From Candidatus Woesearchaeota archaeon (GTDB lineage Archaea > Nanobdellota > Nanobdellia > Woesearchaeales > GW2011-AR4), in the NCBI GenBank assembly GCA_016187465.1, contig JACPJQ010000004.1, positions 176,806 through 240,805 of the forward strand: 64,000 bases of DNA, read 5' to 3'. Position numbers and translations under genes: made by a program. Under the pieces are notes generated by a model, which ran no database searches, was not told where the DNA came from, and was given only the letters and a program-made list of their open reading frames with translations. Of this stretch, positions 9,021 to 18,536 are shown one piece after another (the first letter of the stretch is position 1; every line of letters begins with the position of its first letter).

Positions 9021-9731
9021 ATGGCAGAAGTAACACTGATTATAGCATTTGTTGCAGGAATTGTATCATTCCTTTCGCCTTGCGTTCTTCCACTTATACC
9101 GGGCTTTCTTTCATATCTTTCAGGAATTAGCGCGTCGGAAGCAAACAGCGCAAAATCCAAGGCAATAATTTTTTTAAATACTGTATTCTTTGTATTGGGA
9201 TTCACGCTTGTTTTCTCGATAATCGGCGTTTTAATAAACGGAATATTTGCAGATGTTGCTTTCAGCGTAAGAACATGGCTTGGAAGGGTCGGAGGAATAA
9301 TCATAATATTATTCGGCCTTGTATTGATGAAAGCAATACACTTGCCCTTCCTTGAAAGGGAGCATAAATTTAAAGTGAAGAAAACAGGAATAACTTACGT
9401 AGCATCATTCATGTTCGGACTCGCATTTGCTGCCGGCTGGACGCCATGCATTGGGGCTGTGCTGGCAAGCATTTTGACATTGGCAACAGTTTCTGCAAAA
9501 AATGCATTTTATCTCTTGCTTGCATATTCTCTTGGAATAACCATTCCATTTCTGATAACGGGGCTTTTTGTATCAAGAATGCAGAATTTCATCCAAAAGC
9601 ATGAGAAGACGCTTAATTATGTAAACATGGCTTTTGGAATTTTGCTGGTAATTTTGGGAATATTGGTATTCACAGATTCATTAAACAGAATATCAAATTT
9701 TGCTTTATTGCGGAATATTTTTAATGCTTAA
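9021..9731 (+). CDS. ccdA: CcdA/DsbD-family transmembrane thiol-disulfide electron transporter (canonical order)
   Basis: FLSPCVLPLIPGFLSYL in TM1 and GWTPCIGAVLASIL in TM4. Six TM helices. Confidence 0.85.
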   Translation: MAEVTLIIAFVAGIVSFLSPCVLPLIPGFLSYLSGISASEANSAKSKAIIFLNTVFFVLGFTLVFSIIGVLINGIFADVAFSVRTWLGRVGGIIIILFGLVLMKAIHLPFLEREHKFKVKKTGITYVASFMFGLAFAAGWTPCIGAVLASILTLATVSAKNAFYLLLAYSLGITIPFLITGLFVSRMQNFIQKHEKTLNYVNMAFGILLVILGILVFTDSLNRISNFALLRNIFNA

Positions 9732-9740
9732 GGAACTGAA

Positions 9741-11177
9741 ATGAAAAGAAACCATATTATTTCGATTGGGATAATTGCAATAATTATTACAGCGGTAGCT
9801 TTTGTTGAGTTAAGCAAGCCAGATAATGGTGCAGTTGCGTCAGATGACAAAAACACAGGGATAACAATTGGAAAGATTGCCCCTGATTTTGAGCTTGAGA
9901 CACTTGAAGGAAAAAAAGTGAAATTGAGCGATTACAGAGGGAAAAAAGTCATATTGAATTTCTGGGCTTCATGGTGTCCGCCTTGCAGAGAGGAGATGCC
10001 TGAATTCCAAAGAATTTACAGCGAAAACAAGGATAAATTAGTGGTTGTGGGTGTCAACCTGCAGGAAAGCAGAGAAAATGCAGAGGCATTCATTGAAAAA
10101 CTTGGCATAACATTTCCCATATTGCTTGATCCAAATGCCCAAGTGAAAGATATGTACAATGTATTCACCCAGCCAGTTACTTATTTTATAGATTCGAATG
10201 GAAAGATTGTTGACAAGAAATTTGGACCATTGACAAACGAGGAAATAAATGAGAAAATTGCTAAAATGAACATAAAAAGCACTGTATCAACAAGTTTTGA
10301 AAGTGAAGAAATCAAAACATTGCCGGATGGAATAAAATATATCATCCATCCAAGCAAATTTTTGTCTGGAGGGCCTCCAAAAGATGGAATTCCTTCTATT
10401 GATGATCCAAAATTTATTCCTGCAAATCAAGCTGATTGGCTATCTGATGACGAGCTGGGCCTTGGAGTTGTACACAAAAATGAAGCACGATTTTATCCGT
10501 TCAGGATTTTAGTCTATCACGAGATTGTAAATGATTTTATACAAGATGATCCAATACTGGTAACTTACTGCCCTCTTTGCTTTACAGGAATTGCCTTTAT
10601 AAGAGAAATAAATAACGAGCCTGTTGAATTTGGAGTTTCAGGCAAGCTTTACAATTCAGAGCTTGTCATGTATGACAGAAAAACAGATTCATATTGGCCT
10701 CAGACTTTAGGAAAATCTGTTCTGGGTCCTTCAACTGGAAAAACCATTAAAAAAATTCCAACTGATACTGTGAAGTGGGGTGATTGGAATAAAGTCCATC
10801 CAGATACAAAAGTACTGTCCAAAGATACGGGATTTTTAAGGAGCTATGACGGAAGCAATCCATACGGCAGAAAGGGAGACTTTACAGATATTAACTTACA
10901 ATTTCCGCTGGAAAATGAAGATTCAAGATTAGAAGCTTATGAAATTGTCTATGGAATAGAAGTTAATGGGCAATTCAAAGCTTATAAAAAATCTGATTTG
11001 GACCAGAAATTAAAAATAGAAGACACTATCGGGGAAGAAAAAGTAATAATTGAATTTGATAAAGACTTGAAATCGGCAAAAGCATATAGGAAGTCTGGAG
11101 AACAGATTGTTGCAGATACTTTATTCTGGTTTGCATGGGCTGCATTCCATCCTGATACGGAGTTGTATAAAAGTTAA
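9741..11177 (+). CDS. TlpA-like thioredoxin (CPPC) fused to DUF3179-like domain
   Basis: N-terminal TM helix. ILNFWASWCPPCREEMPEF is a TlpA/ResA-type motif. The C-terminal half has LVTYCPLCFTGIAF...LVMYDRKTDSYWPQ, paralogous to the 8389-8979 product. Confidence 0.75.
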   Translation: MKRNHIISIGIIAIIITAVAFVELSKPDNGAVASDDKNTGITIGKIAPDFELETLEGKKVKLSDYRGKKVILNFWASWCPPCREEMPEFQRIYSENKDKLVVVGVNLQESRENAEAFIEKLGITFPILLDPNAQVKDMYNVFTQPVTYFIDSNGKIVDKKFGPLTNEEINEKIAKMNIKSTVSTSFESEEIKTLPDGIKYIIHPSKFLSGGPPKDGIPSIDDPKFIPANQADWLSDDELGLGVVHKNEARFYPFRILVYHEIVNDFIQDDPILVTYCPLCFTGIAFIREINNEPVEFGVSGKLYNSELVMYDRKTDSYWPQTLGKSVLGPSTGKTIKKIPTDTVKWGDWNKVHPDTKVLSKDTGFLRSYDGSNPYGRKGDFTDINLQFPLENEDSRLEAYEIVYGIEVNGQFKAYKKSDLDQKLKIEDTIGEEKVIIEFDKDLKSAKAYRKSGEQIVADTLFWFAWAAFHPDTELYKS

Positions 11178-11345
11178 ACTTATAGCATTTTTTCCATATC
11201 AACGCACATAACTCCATATTCTCCATTGATACATATGACATCTTTTTTCATAATTTATTCTAAAGGCGTCTAATTCATTAAAATTTTGTTTAACTGTTTA
11301 ACAAAACATTTAATATGAAAAAAAATCGAAGATTTTTGAATATAA

Positions 11346-11729
11346 ATGTCCAAAAATGCTCACATTTTCGATACATTTATATATAAGTTATATGCTTATA
11401 TTTTACATATGTTAAAAAAGCCATATAAATTATTTTTTGGAACATTGGCAAACCGCCAAAGATTGGAAATTATAAATTTGCTTAGGAAAGGGCCGAAAAA
11501 CGTAACTCACCTCTGCAAAGAGCTGAAAGTCAATCAAACAACTGTTTCTCATAATCTAGCAGTTCTTAAAAAATGCAGTTTCGTTTTTTCTGAGAAGAAT
11601 GGAAAAGAGAGGATTTATTCACTTAACACAAAAACCATTAAGCCTTTAATGGGAATTATTGACAGGCACACAGAGGAATTTTGCAAATATCTCTGCGGAT
11701 GCAAAACAAAAATTAATGGAGGTAAATAA
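11346..11729 (+). CDS. ArsR/SmtB-family metal-responsive transcriptional repressor
   Basis: QRLEIINLLRKGPKNVTHLCKELKVNQTTVSHNLAVLKK is a canonical ArsR HTH with the CxxE-like H/C position. There is also a C-terminal Cys cluster (CKYLCGC). Confidence 0.7.
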   Translation: MSKNAHIFDTFIYKLYAYILHMLKKPYKLFFGTLANRQRLEIINLLRKGPKNVTHLCKELKVNQTTVSHNLAVLKKCSFVFSEKNGKERIYSLNTKTIKPLMGIIDRHTEEFCKYLCGCKTKINGGK

Positions 11730-11730
11730 A

Positions 11731-11865
11731 ATGGCAAAAAGAAAACCGTGCTGCAGTGGTGGAGTTTGTCCAGCTTGTGATTGCTGCATATGCATTTGCA
11801 CAGAGGATTTAAAAAAGACATTGACACCGGAAGCAAGAAAGCTGCTGATAAAAGCATTGAGCTAA
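11731..11865 (+). CDS. 44-aa Cys-rich peptide (metallothionein-like), MAKRKPCCSGGVCPACDCCICICTEDLKK...
   Basis: Internal ATG at 11731 with a GGAGGT RBS at 11717-11722. Nine Cys within 17 residues. It starts 1 nt after the ArsR stop codon. Confidence 0.55.
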   Translation: MAKRKPCCSGGVCPACDCCICICTEDLKKTLTPEARKLLIKALS

Positions 11866-11875
11866 ACTGATAGAA

Positions 11876-12352
11876 ATGAGAAAAAAGTTGCATGTTATAG
11901 CAGGTGTATTATCCAGAAGAAATTATTTCTTTATTTTCTTAATCTCAGGGCTATTATACGGCATTATCTATGCTGTTATGACAAATTTAATTGATATTCG
12001 GTCCGGATTAAAGTACGTCACTTTTTCATTCACTGCTGTGAGTATCACATTCTTTGTTGCATTTTCTATTTTAGGTGGTATTCTCATTTCATTGCAGGTT
12101 TTTGCCATTAAAAACAAGCAAAGAATATTAAAATATGCAAATTTCGGATTCTTAGGTGCTTTTCTAAGCTTCTTTAACGTAACATGTCCCTTTTGCAAGC
12201 CGTTTCTTCTGTCACTAATAGGGTTTTCAGGCTCTTTAGCAATTCTTAAATATGGCTCAGCGCTTGCATTTATCAGTGCTTTATTATTATTCGTATCTAT
12301 TTATTTGGTAACTTCAAATATTAATGTTAATAATGGCGATAAAAAATGGTAA
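11876..12352 (+). CDS. 4-TM membrane protein with intramembrane CPFC motif
   Basis: Hydrophobic profile. The only cysteines are in FFNVTCPFCKPFL at the start of a TM helix. Confidence 0.5.
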   Translation: MRKKLHVIAGVLSRRNYFFIFLISGLLYGIIYAVMTNLIDIRSGLKYVTFSFTAVSITFFVAFSILGGILISLQVFAIKNKQRILKYANFGFLGAFLSFFNVTCPFCKPFLLSLIGFSGSLAILKYGSALAFISALLLFVSIYLVTSNINVNNGDKKW

Positions 12353-12504
12353 AACAAATAACTAAAAACAATAAGACATATTTTATATGTCCTGAGTGCA
12401 ATTTTGCTTATGCAGACAAAGAAACTGCTGCAAAATGCGAAGCTTGGTGCAGGGAGCGTCACAGCTGCAATACAGAAATCACAAAATATGCAGTTGAAAT
12501 TTGA
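12346..12504 (+). CDS. zinc-ribbon mini-protein (52 aa; CPEC ... C...C...C)
   Basis: ATG at 12346 overlaps the upstream gene end. Sequence MVKQITKNNKTYFICPECNFAYADKETAAKCEAWCRERHSC. Too short for the ORF track. Confidence 0.4.
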   Translation: MVKQITKNNKTYFICPECNFAYADKETAAKCEAWCRERHSCNTEITKYAVEI

Positions 12505-12561
12505 ATCGGCATAAAATTTAAATATACATAGCTTGCAGAGCTCTTTCAAGAAGATGGCACT

Positions 12562-13254
12562 ATGGCTTTTCACTTATTATCCTTGATTTTGGCGGGAATC
12601 CTTAGCTTTGCAGATTATGTTACAGAGCATATTTTCTCTGAAAAGCTGAGAAAAAACCAGAAGCTTGTTTCATTTTCAGCAGGGGTGGCAATTTCTTATA
12701 TAGTGTTAAATCTATTTCCAGAAATATCTTCTAATTCTTTGATAGAGGGAAAAAGAATTTTTCTGTATGCATTGCTGGGATTTGTTGCATTAAACTTGAT
12801 TGAGCAATATATTTTTAAGGGCACAGGAAAAATTAAAAATATATCAAAATACCATAAAGGAGTCCATGTTGCTTATTTCTTTATTTATAATCTTTTTATC
12901 GGGATGGTGCTGATTAATTTTACCTTAAAGGGGTTAACTCCAACATTGTTGTTTTTTGTTCCGTTTCTGCTTTATATTATAGCTGAAATGCTTCCTCAGG
13001 AGTTTGAGTTTAAGAATCGCTTATCAAAAGTATTCTATTCTTTAGCGCCTTTATTTGGAGCATTGCTTGGCATAATCTATAAAGATTTTACCATATCAAT
13101 TTTCGGCAAATTAATAGCCTTCATTACGGGAACTCTGCTTTACATTGTGATTAGGGAGTCTCTGCCCAGTTATGAAGCCGAAAAACCATTATACTTCATG
13201 ATAGGGGTACTCTTATATACTTTAATTTTATATTTGAGCTGGAATCTTGTATGA
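12562..13254 (+). CDS. polytopic membrane protein, possibly a degenerate ZIP-like metal transporter
   Basis: About 7 TM helices. Intramembrane acidic motifs (IAEMLPQEFE and VIRESLPSYE) are loosely ZIP-like. This is a weak call. Confidence 0.3.
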   Translation: MAFHLLSLILAGILSFADYVTEHIFSEKLRKNQKLVSFSAGVAISYIVLNLFPEISSNSLIEGKRIFLYALLGFVALNLIEQYIFKGTGKIKNISKYHKGVHVAYFFIYNLFIGMVLINFTLKGLTPTLLFFVPFLLYIIAEMLPQEFEFKNRLSKVFYSLAPLFGALLGIIYKDFTISIFGKLIAFITGTLLYIVIRESLPSYEAEKPLYFMIGVLLYTLILYLSWNLV

Positions 13255-15212
13255 CACGGCATATTTCGCTTGGAAACGGCAGCTTACTAGTCAGTATAGA
13301 CGAATGGCTCCAAATTCGTGACTTCTATTACCCGCATGTTGGGGAGGAAAACCACTTGCTTGGGCATGCGCATAAGATAGGAATTTTTGCCGACAACAAA
13401 ATTTCATGGCTTAATGAAGATAATTGGCTAAGAGAAATAGGTTATAAAAAACAAACATTAGTTAGTGACTGCTCTGCTATAAATGAAAAAATGAAATTAG
13501 AATTAAAGGTAAATGACTGCGTTGACTGCAGTAAAAACATTTTTTTAAGAAAACTGACAATAAAAAACAACTCCGGCACCGATAGGGAAATTAAGCTTTT
13601 CGTACATCACGACTTTCACTTATATGGGGATGGTGTAGGGGATACGGCTGGCTACGGGCCGACCGCAAACATAATTTTTCATTACAAAAGAAAAAGGCAT
13701 TTTTTGATTAATGCTGTTAATGCAAAAAGTAATCTAAGCAAAAAAGGAGACATCTCTGATTACTCTGTTGGCAATGCAGATTTGCGCACAATAAAAGATG
13801 CCGAAGATGGTGCATTGGAAAAAATTCCGATTGCGCAAGGAATGGTTGATTCTATTATAGGTATAGAATTGGGCATTGCAGCAAATGCCGAGCAATGCAT
13901 TTATTATTGGATTTGCTGCGGCCAAGATTTTGAGGAGGCAGAGAAATTAAATAGCTTTATAATGAAAAAAACTCCTCAAGCTTTGATGGAAGAAACAGAA
14001 ATGTGCTGGCTAGGATTGGCAAATAAAACTACAATTAATTTTGCAGATTTAGAGCCTAAAATAATAGACGAGTTCAAGAAATCTGTTTTAATAATACGGA
14101 CGCATATAGACCATCATGGCGCAATTATTGCTGCTTCTGACTCTGATAATCTGCAGTTCAACAGGGATACTTACAATTATGTGTGGCCAAGAGATGGAGC
14201 TTTAATCGCCTTAGCCCTGCAAAAAGCTGGCTATTACGAGCTTGTTGAGAATTTTTATATCTTCTGCAAAAATGTTTTATCTAAATACGGGTGTTTTCTG
14301 CACAAGTACAATCCTGACGGCTCTCTTGGAAGCTCATGGCATCCTTGGATTAAGGACGAGAAGCCGCAGCTGCCTATTCAAGAGGATGAAACGGCATTAG
14401 TTATTTATGCACTCTGGGAGTATTACGAAAAGACAAAAGATAAAGCCTTCATTGAAAAATTGTACAATCCATTAATCCTAAAAGCAGCAGACTTCATGGC
14501 AGATTATATAGACAAAAACACAAGCCTTCCAAAACCGAGCTATGACTTATGGGAGGAAAGGCATGGTATTTTTGCCTTTACATGCTCAACTGTTTACGCT
14601 GGGCTTAAATGCGCTTTTAAATTTGCTGAGCTATTTGGTGATAAAGGAAAAGCTGAAATCTACCGCAAAACTGCTGAAAGCCTGAAGCAGGCAATGATTG
14701 AGTATCTGTTTGACAATGATACAAGAAGGTTTCTTAGAAGTATTAATTTTGACGGCAGTAATTCAACAAAAGACTTTGTAATTGACAGCAGCTTGTATGG
14801 CATATTTGAATTTGGCGTTCTTCCTGCAGATGATTCAAGAGTTGAAGATACAATGAAGGCTGTAATGGAAAGGCTCTGGGTAAAGACAGAAATTGGAGGT
14901 ATGGCAAGATATGAAAATGATTTGTATCACAAAACTTCAGAACACACAGAAGTGCCAGGCAATCCATGGTTCGTTTGCACAGCATGGCTTGGCAAGTACT
15001 ATGTTGCAAAAGCAAAGACAAGGGAAGAGCTGAAAGAAGCATTAGAAATAATAAAATGGATGATTAAAAATGCGCTTTCAACAGGCGTAATGCCGGAGCA
15101 GATTAATCCATATACTGCTGAGCCGTTATCGGTAAGCCCTCTGACATGGAGCCATTCAGAGTTTGTTGATTTAGTGGTTAATTATGTTGAGAAATACAAA
15201 CAATTAAAATAA
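13251..15212 (+). CDS. glycoside hydrolase family 15 (archaeal glucoamylase-like)
   Basis: Motifs YNYVWPRDGALIALAL and YDLWEERHG are typical of GH15 (alpha/alpha)6-barrel glucoamylases and glucodextranases. Confidence 0.8.
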   Translation: MTRHISLGNGSLLVSIDEWLQIRDFYYPHVGEENHLLGHAHKIGIFADNKISWLNEDNWLREIGYKKQTLVSDCSAINEKMKLELKVNDCVDCSKNIFLRKLTIKNNSGTDREIKLFVHHDFHLYGDGVGDTAGYGPTANIIFHYKRKRHFLINAVNAKSNLSKKGDISDYSVGNADLRTIKDAEDGALEKIPIAQGMVDSIIGIELGIAANAEQCIYYWICCGQDFEEAEKLNSFIMKKTPQALMEETEMCWLGLANKTTINFADLEPKIIDEFKKSVLIIRTHIDHHGAIIAASDSDNLQFNRDTYNYVWPRDGALIALALQKAGYYELVENFYIFCKNVLSKYGCFLHKYNPDGSLGSSWHPWIKDEKPQLPIQEDETALVIYALWEYYEKTKDKAFIEKLYNPLILKAADFMADYIDKNTSLPKPSYDLWEERHGIFAFTCSTVYAGLKCAFKFAELFGDKGKAEIYRKTAESLKQAMIEYLFDNDTRRFLRSINFDGSNSTKDFVIDSSLYGIFEFGVLPADDSRVEDTMKAVMERLWVKTEIGGMARYENDLYHKTSEHTEVPGNPWFVCTAWLGKYYVAKAKTREELKEALEIIKWMIKNALSTGVMPEQINPYTAEPLSVSPLTWSHSEFVDLVVNYVEKYKQLK

Positions 15213-15359
15213 AAATTAAATACTTTAACAAAATATTTAAAGTTATGCAAAAATTCCTATAGAGAATTTTGAAATATATCAATTTTGTCAAAATTCTCTA
15301 AGAGAACTTTGAATGAAAATGGTGAAAATAATGAATTTTTCAAAGTTCTCTATAATAAA

Positions 15360-16325
15360 ATGTATGACACAATAATCATAGGGGCTGGCTGTGCAGGTTT
15401 AGCAGCAGCAATGTACGCAGGCAGATTAAATATGAAAACTTTGATGATAGGCGACAATATAGGTGGAACAATTGCGCTTACGGATGTTGTTGAGAATTAT
15501 CCAGGATTTATAAGGCTGACAGGGCAAGAATTGGCAGATAATTTAAGAAAGCATGCAGAATCTTACAATATTGAAAAAGCAGAGGCAAAAGTAACTAAGA
15601 TTAGGCATGAGCATAACTGCTTTATTGCTGAAACCAATGAAGGCAAAACTTACCAATCAAGAACCATAATATTTGCAACAGGTACAGAATGGCGCAAGCT
15701 AAATATTACTGGAGAAGCAGAATTTGCAAATAAAGGTGTTCATTATTGTGCTTTGTGTGATGGTGTTATTTATAATGGCAGGATTGTTGCTGTTGTTGGC
15801 GGCGGTGATAGCGCTGCAAAAGAAGCGTTGCTAATGTCGCAATATGCCAGCAAAGTCTATAGCATTGTAAGAGGCGAAAAATTAAGAGGGGAGCCAATCA
15901 ATAACGATAGAGTTGCCAAAAATCCAAAAATTGAAGTTATAATAAAGGTTAATGTCAAGCAGATAATCGGTGACAAGATAGTTAAAGGTGTTGTTCTAGA
16001 TAAGCCAATAAATGGAAGCACAACTTTAAGCTTAGACGCCATTTTTGTTGCAATTGGACATATTGCATTGTCGCAGCTTGTGAAAGATATTGGTGTCGCT
16101 ACAAACAAGAAGGGGGAAATTATTATTGACAGGCAATCCAAAACCAATATTCCAGGGTTTTTTGCAGCAGGAGATGTTTGTGACACAGTATTCAAGCAAG
16201 CAATTACTGGAGTTAGTGAGGCTGTCACAGCAGTTTATTCTGCTTATACCTATGTCAATGAAAATGAGTTTATTTGCCCAATTGGAAATGAGGATTTAAT
16301 GGCGAAATCCAATAAAAACACTTAA
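15360..16325 (+). CDS. trxB: thioredoxin-disulfide reductase
   Basis: FAD motif IIIGAGCAGLAAA, redox CALCDG, and NADPH motif VVGGGDSAAKEA. The ORF in the track starts at 15285 with a 25-aa extension. The internal ATG at 15360 is preferred. Confidence 0.85.
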   Translation: MYDTIIIGAGCAGLAAAMYAGRLNMKTLMIGDNIGGTIALTDVVENYPGFIRLTGQELADNLRKHAESYNIEKAEAKVTKIRHEHNCFIAETNEGKTYQSRTIIFATGTEWRKLNITGEAEFANKGVHYCALCDGVIYNGRIVAVVGGGDSAAKEALLMSQYASKVYSIVRGEKLRGEPINNDRVAKNPKIEVIIKVNVKQIIGDKIVKGVVLDKPINGSTTLSLDAIFVAIGHIALSQLVKDIGVATNKKGEIIIDRQSKTNIPGFFAAGDVCDTVFKQAITGVSEAVTAVYSAYTYVNENEFICPIGNEDLMAKSNKNT

Positions 16326-16653
16326 AACTCATATTTAACTCTTAAAACATAATTTATTAAAATATAGCGCATACCCTAAATAAAGCACAAAAAAGAAAGA
16401 TTATTAAATAGGGAAAAACAACAAAAATCATGGAGGTAAAAATGGGAAGGGGAAAAGGACAATGCTGTTAATTTGTTTTTGAAATCATTTTTAGTTTTTT
16501 AAATATTTAGGTTATTGCGTTAGGAAAGAAAGTAAAACAACACAAAAAAAATATGTTTACATTAATAAAACATAACAAAACTTCAATGAGAAAATTCATT
16601 AACAAAACCCATTAAAAATAATCAAAATTAAATGTTAATGGAGGATTAATAAA

Positions 16654-16917
16654 ATGGAAAAAACAAAAAGCGATTCAAAGAAATCACCAAAGATTAAAAT
16701 CTATACTACAAGCACATGCCCTTGGTGCGTGAAAACCAAAGAATTTTTGAAAGCAAATAACGTGAAGTACGAAGATGTAAATGTGGGTATGAACGAAAAA
16801 GCAAGGAACGAAATGTTTGAGAAATCCGGCCAGTTTGGAGTTCCGGTAACCGATATAAACGGAACAATCATAGTTGGCTACGACAAAGAGGCTTTGAAAA
16901 AAGCACTCAGCTTATAA
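16654..16917 (+). CDS. glutaredoxin-like small redox protein (CPWC)
   Basis: KIYTTSTCPWCVKTKEFL ... GVPVTDINGTIIVGYD matches the glutaredoxin fold. Confidence 0.75.
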   Translation: MEKTKSDSKKSPKIKIYTTSTCPWCVKTKEFLKANNVKYEDVNVGMNEKARNEMFEKSGQFGVPVTDINGTIIVGYDKEALKKALSL

Positions 16918-16931
16918 ACTTCTGTTGCTCT

Positions 16932-18179
16932 ATGGAAAAAGACAATGTTTGCATTGACTGCTACAACCAAATAGACAAAGTCGCAAATATCCTGAAGCTT
17001 GGGCAGGCAGAGCTTGATGTACTTACAATACCGAAGAGGATTCTCACTTTTAGCTATCCTGTCAGGCTCGACTCCGGCGATTTAAGGTACTTCACAGGCT
17101 ACAGGGTTCAGTTTAACGATGCCCGAGGACCGACAAAAGGCGGCATAAGATTCCATCCAGAGGTCAACCTTGAGGAAATAAAAACACTTGCTTTTTTGAT
17201 GACATTGAAATGCGCTGTTGTAAACCTTCCTTACGGAGGCGCAAAGGGCGGAGTCACAATTGACCCAAAGCGATTTTCAGATTACGAGCTTGAGAGGATT
17301 AGCAGAGGCTACATAAGGGAAACATACAATTTCATAGGACCAAATATAGACATTCCTGCTCCCGATGTCAACACAGATGCTAAGATAATGGCATGGATGC
17401 TGGATGAATATGAAAAGCTTGAAGGAAGGCACACCCCTGCTGCAATAACCGGCAAGCCGATTGCCTTGCTTGGCTCAAAAGCAAGAGACTTTTCAACATC
17501 AATGGGCGGAGCTTATGTTCTCAGTGAGTTTGCAGGTACGCTTAACATGAAGCCGTCTGACACAAGCGTTGCAGTGCAGGGATTTGGAAATGTCGGCATG
17601 AACATTGCAAGGATTCTTCATGAATGGGGCTACAAGGTCATTGCAGTCAGCGACTCAAAAAGCGGAATTTATGATTCAAAAGGGCTTGACATCAAGGATG
17701 TGATCTCCCATAAGGACAAAACAGGAAAAGTTGAGAAATTCAGGGGAGCAAAAGACATCTCAAACGAGGAGCTGCTTGAGCTCAAGACAGACATATTAGT
17801 GCCTGCTGCGCTTGAAGACCAGATTACAAAGAAAAATGCCGATAAAATAAAGGCTAAGATTGTCCTTGAGATGGCCAACCGCCCGATAACGCCGGAAGCA
17901 GATGACATACTGCTTGGCAAGAAAATTGTTGTAATACCCGATGTCCTTGCAAATGCCGGTGGCGTAGTTGTTTCCTATTTTGAGTGGGTGCAGAACTCCC
18001 AAAACTATTACTGGAGCGAGAAAGTAGTGCTTGAAAGGCTCAAGACATACATGACAGATGCTGTAAGAGAGATGTCCAAAGTCTGCGCTGACTTCAAATG
18101 CGATATAAGAACTGCCCTTTACATCAACGCAGTAAAGAAGATTCTTGAAGCCGAAAAGCTGAGGGGGAATTTGAAATGA
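16932..18179 (+). CDS. gdhA: glutamate dehydrogenase (Glu/Leu/Phe/Val dehydrogenase family)
   Basis: LPYGGAKGGV catalytic motif and GFGNVG NAD(P)-binding motif. Confidence 0.9.
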   Translation: MEKDNVCIDCYNQIDKVANILKLGQAELDVLTIPKRILTFSYPVRLDSGDLRYFTGYRVQFNDARGPTKGGIRFHPEVNLEEIKTLAFLMTLKCAVVNLPYGGAKGGVTIDPKRFSDYELERISRGYIRETYNFIGPNIDIPAPDVNTDAKIMAWMLDEYEKLEGRHTPAAITGKPIALLGSKARDFSTSMGGAYVLSEFAGTLNMKPSDTSVAVQGFGNVGMNIARILHEWGYKVIAVSDSKSGIYDSKGLDIKDVISHKDKTGKVEKFRGAKDISNEELLELKTDILVPAALEDQITKKNADKIKAKIVLEMANRPITPEADDILLGKKIVVIPDVLANAGGVVVSYFEWVQNSQNYYWSEKVVLERLKTYMTDAVREMSKVCADFKCDIRTALYINAVKKILEAEKLRGNLK

Positions 18180-18269
18180 TGGAATTTATCTCGTTAAATA
18201 TTCTAAGATGGGGGTAGTAGGGGGGAGGGATAGAAAGATTTAAATATTAGTTAGGATTTACTATTCATT

Positions 18270-18536
18270 ATGGTAAAGATTAAATCTGTCCAACAGATTG
18301 TTGAAAATTATGTTATGAGTTCGCCTATAGCGTCTATTAGATACGAAAAATCTATGCATAATAAAGGGTGGGAGAAACCTAAAGAAAAAAGTTTAAAATA
18401 CGCATTAAATCTAATAAAAAAATCTGGATTAAATAAAACTGAGGCAATTAATATTTTGGAAGAAGTTAAAAATAGAACTCAAGAAATATTGTTGATATTG
18501 CATAATAATTTTAAATTAAAAAATGGTAAAAACTAA
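18270..18536 (+). CDS. hypothetical small protein upstream of methyltransferase
   Basis: 88 aa, very AT-rich. Overlaps the methyltransferase start by 14 nt. Possibly an accessory or controller protein of the restriction-modification unit. No clear HTH. Confidence 0.35.
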   Translation: MVKIKSVQQIVENYVMSSPIASIRYEKSMHNKGWEKPKEKSLKYALNLIKKSGLNKTEAINILEEVKNRTQEILLILHNNFKLKNGKN

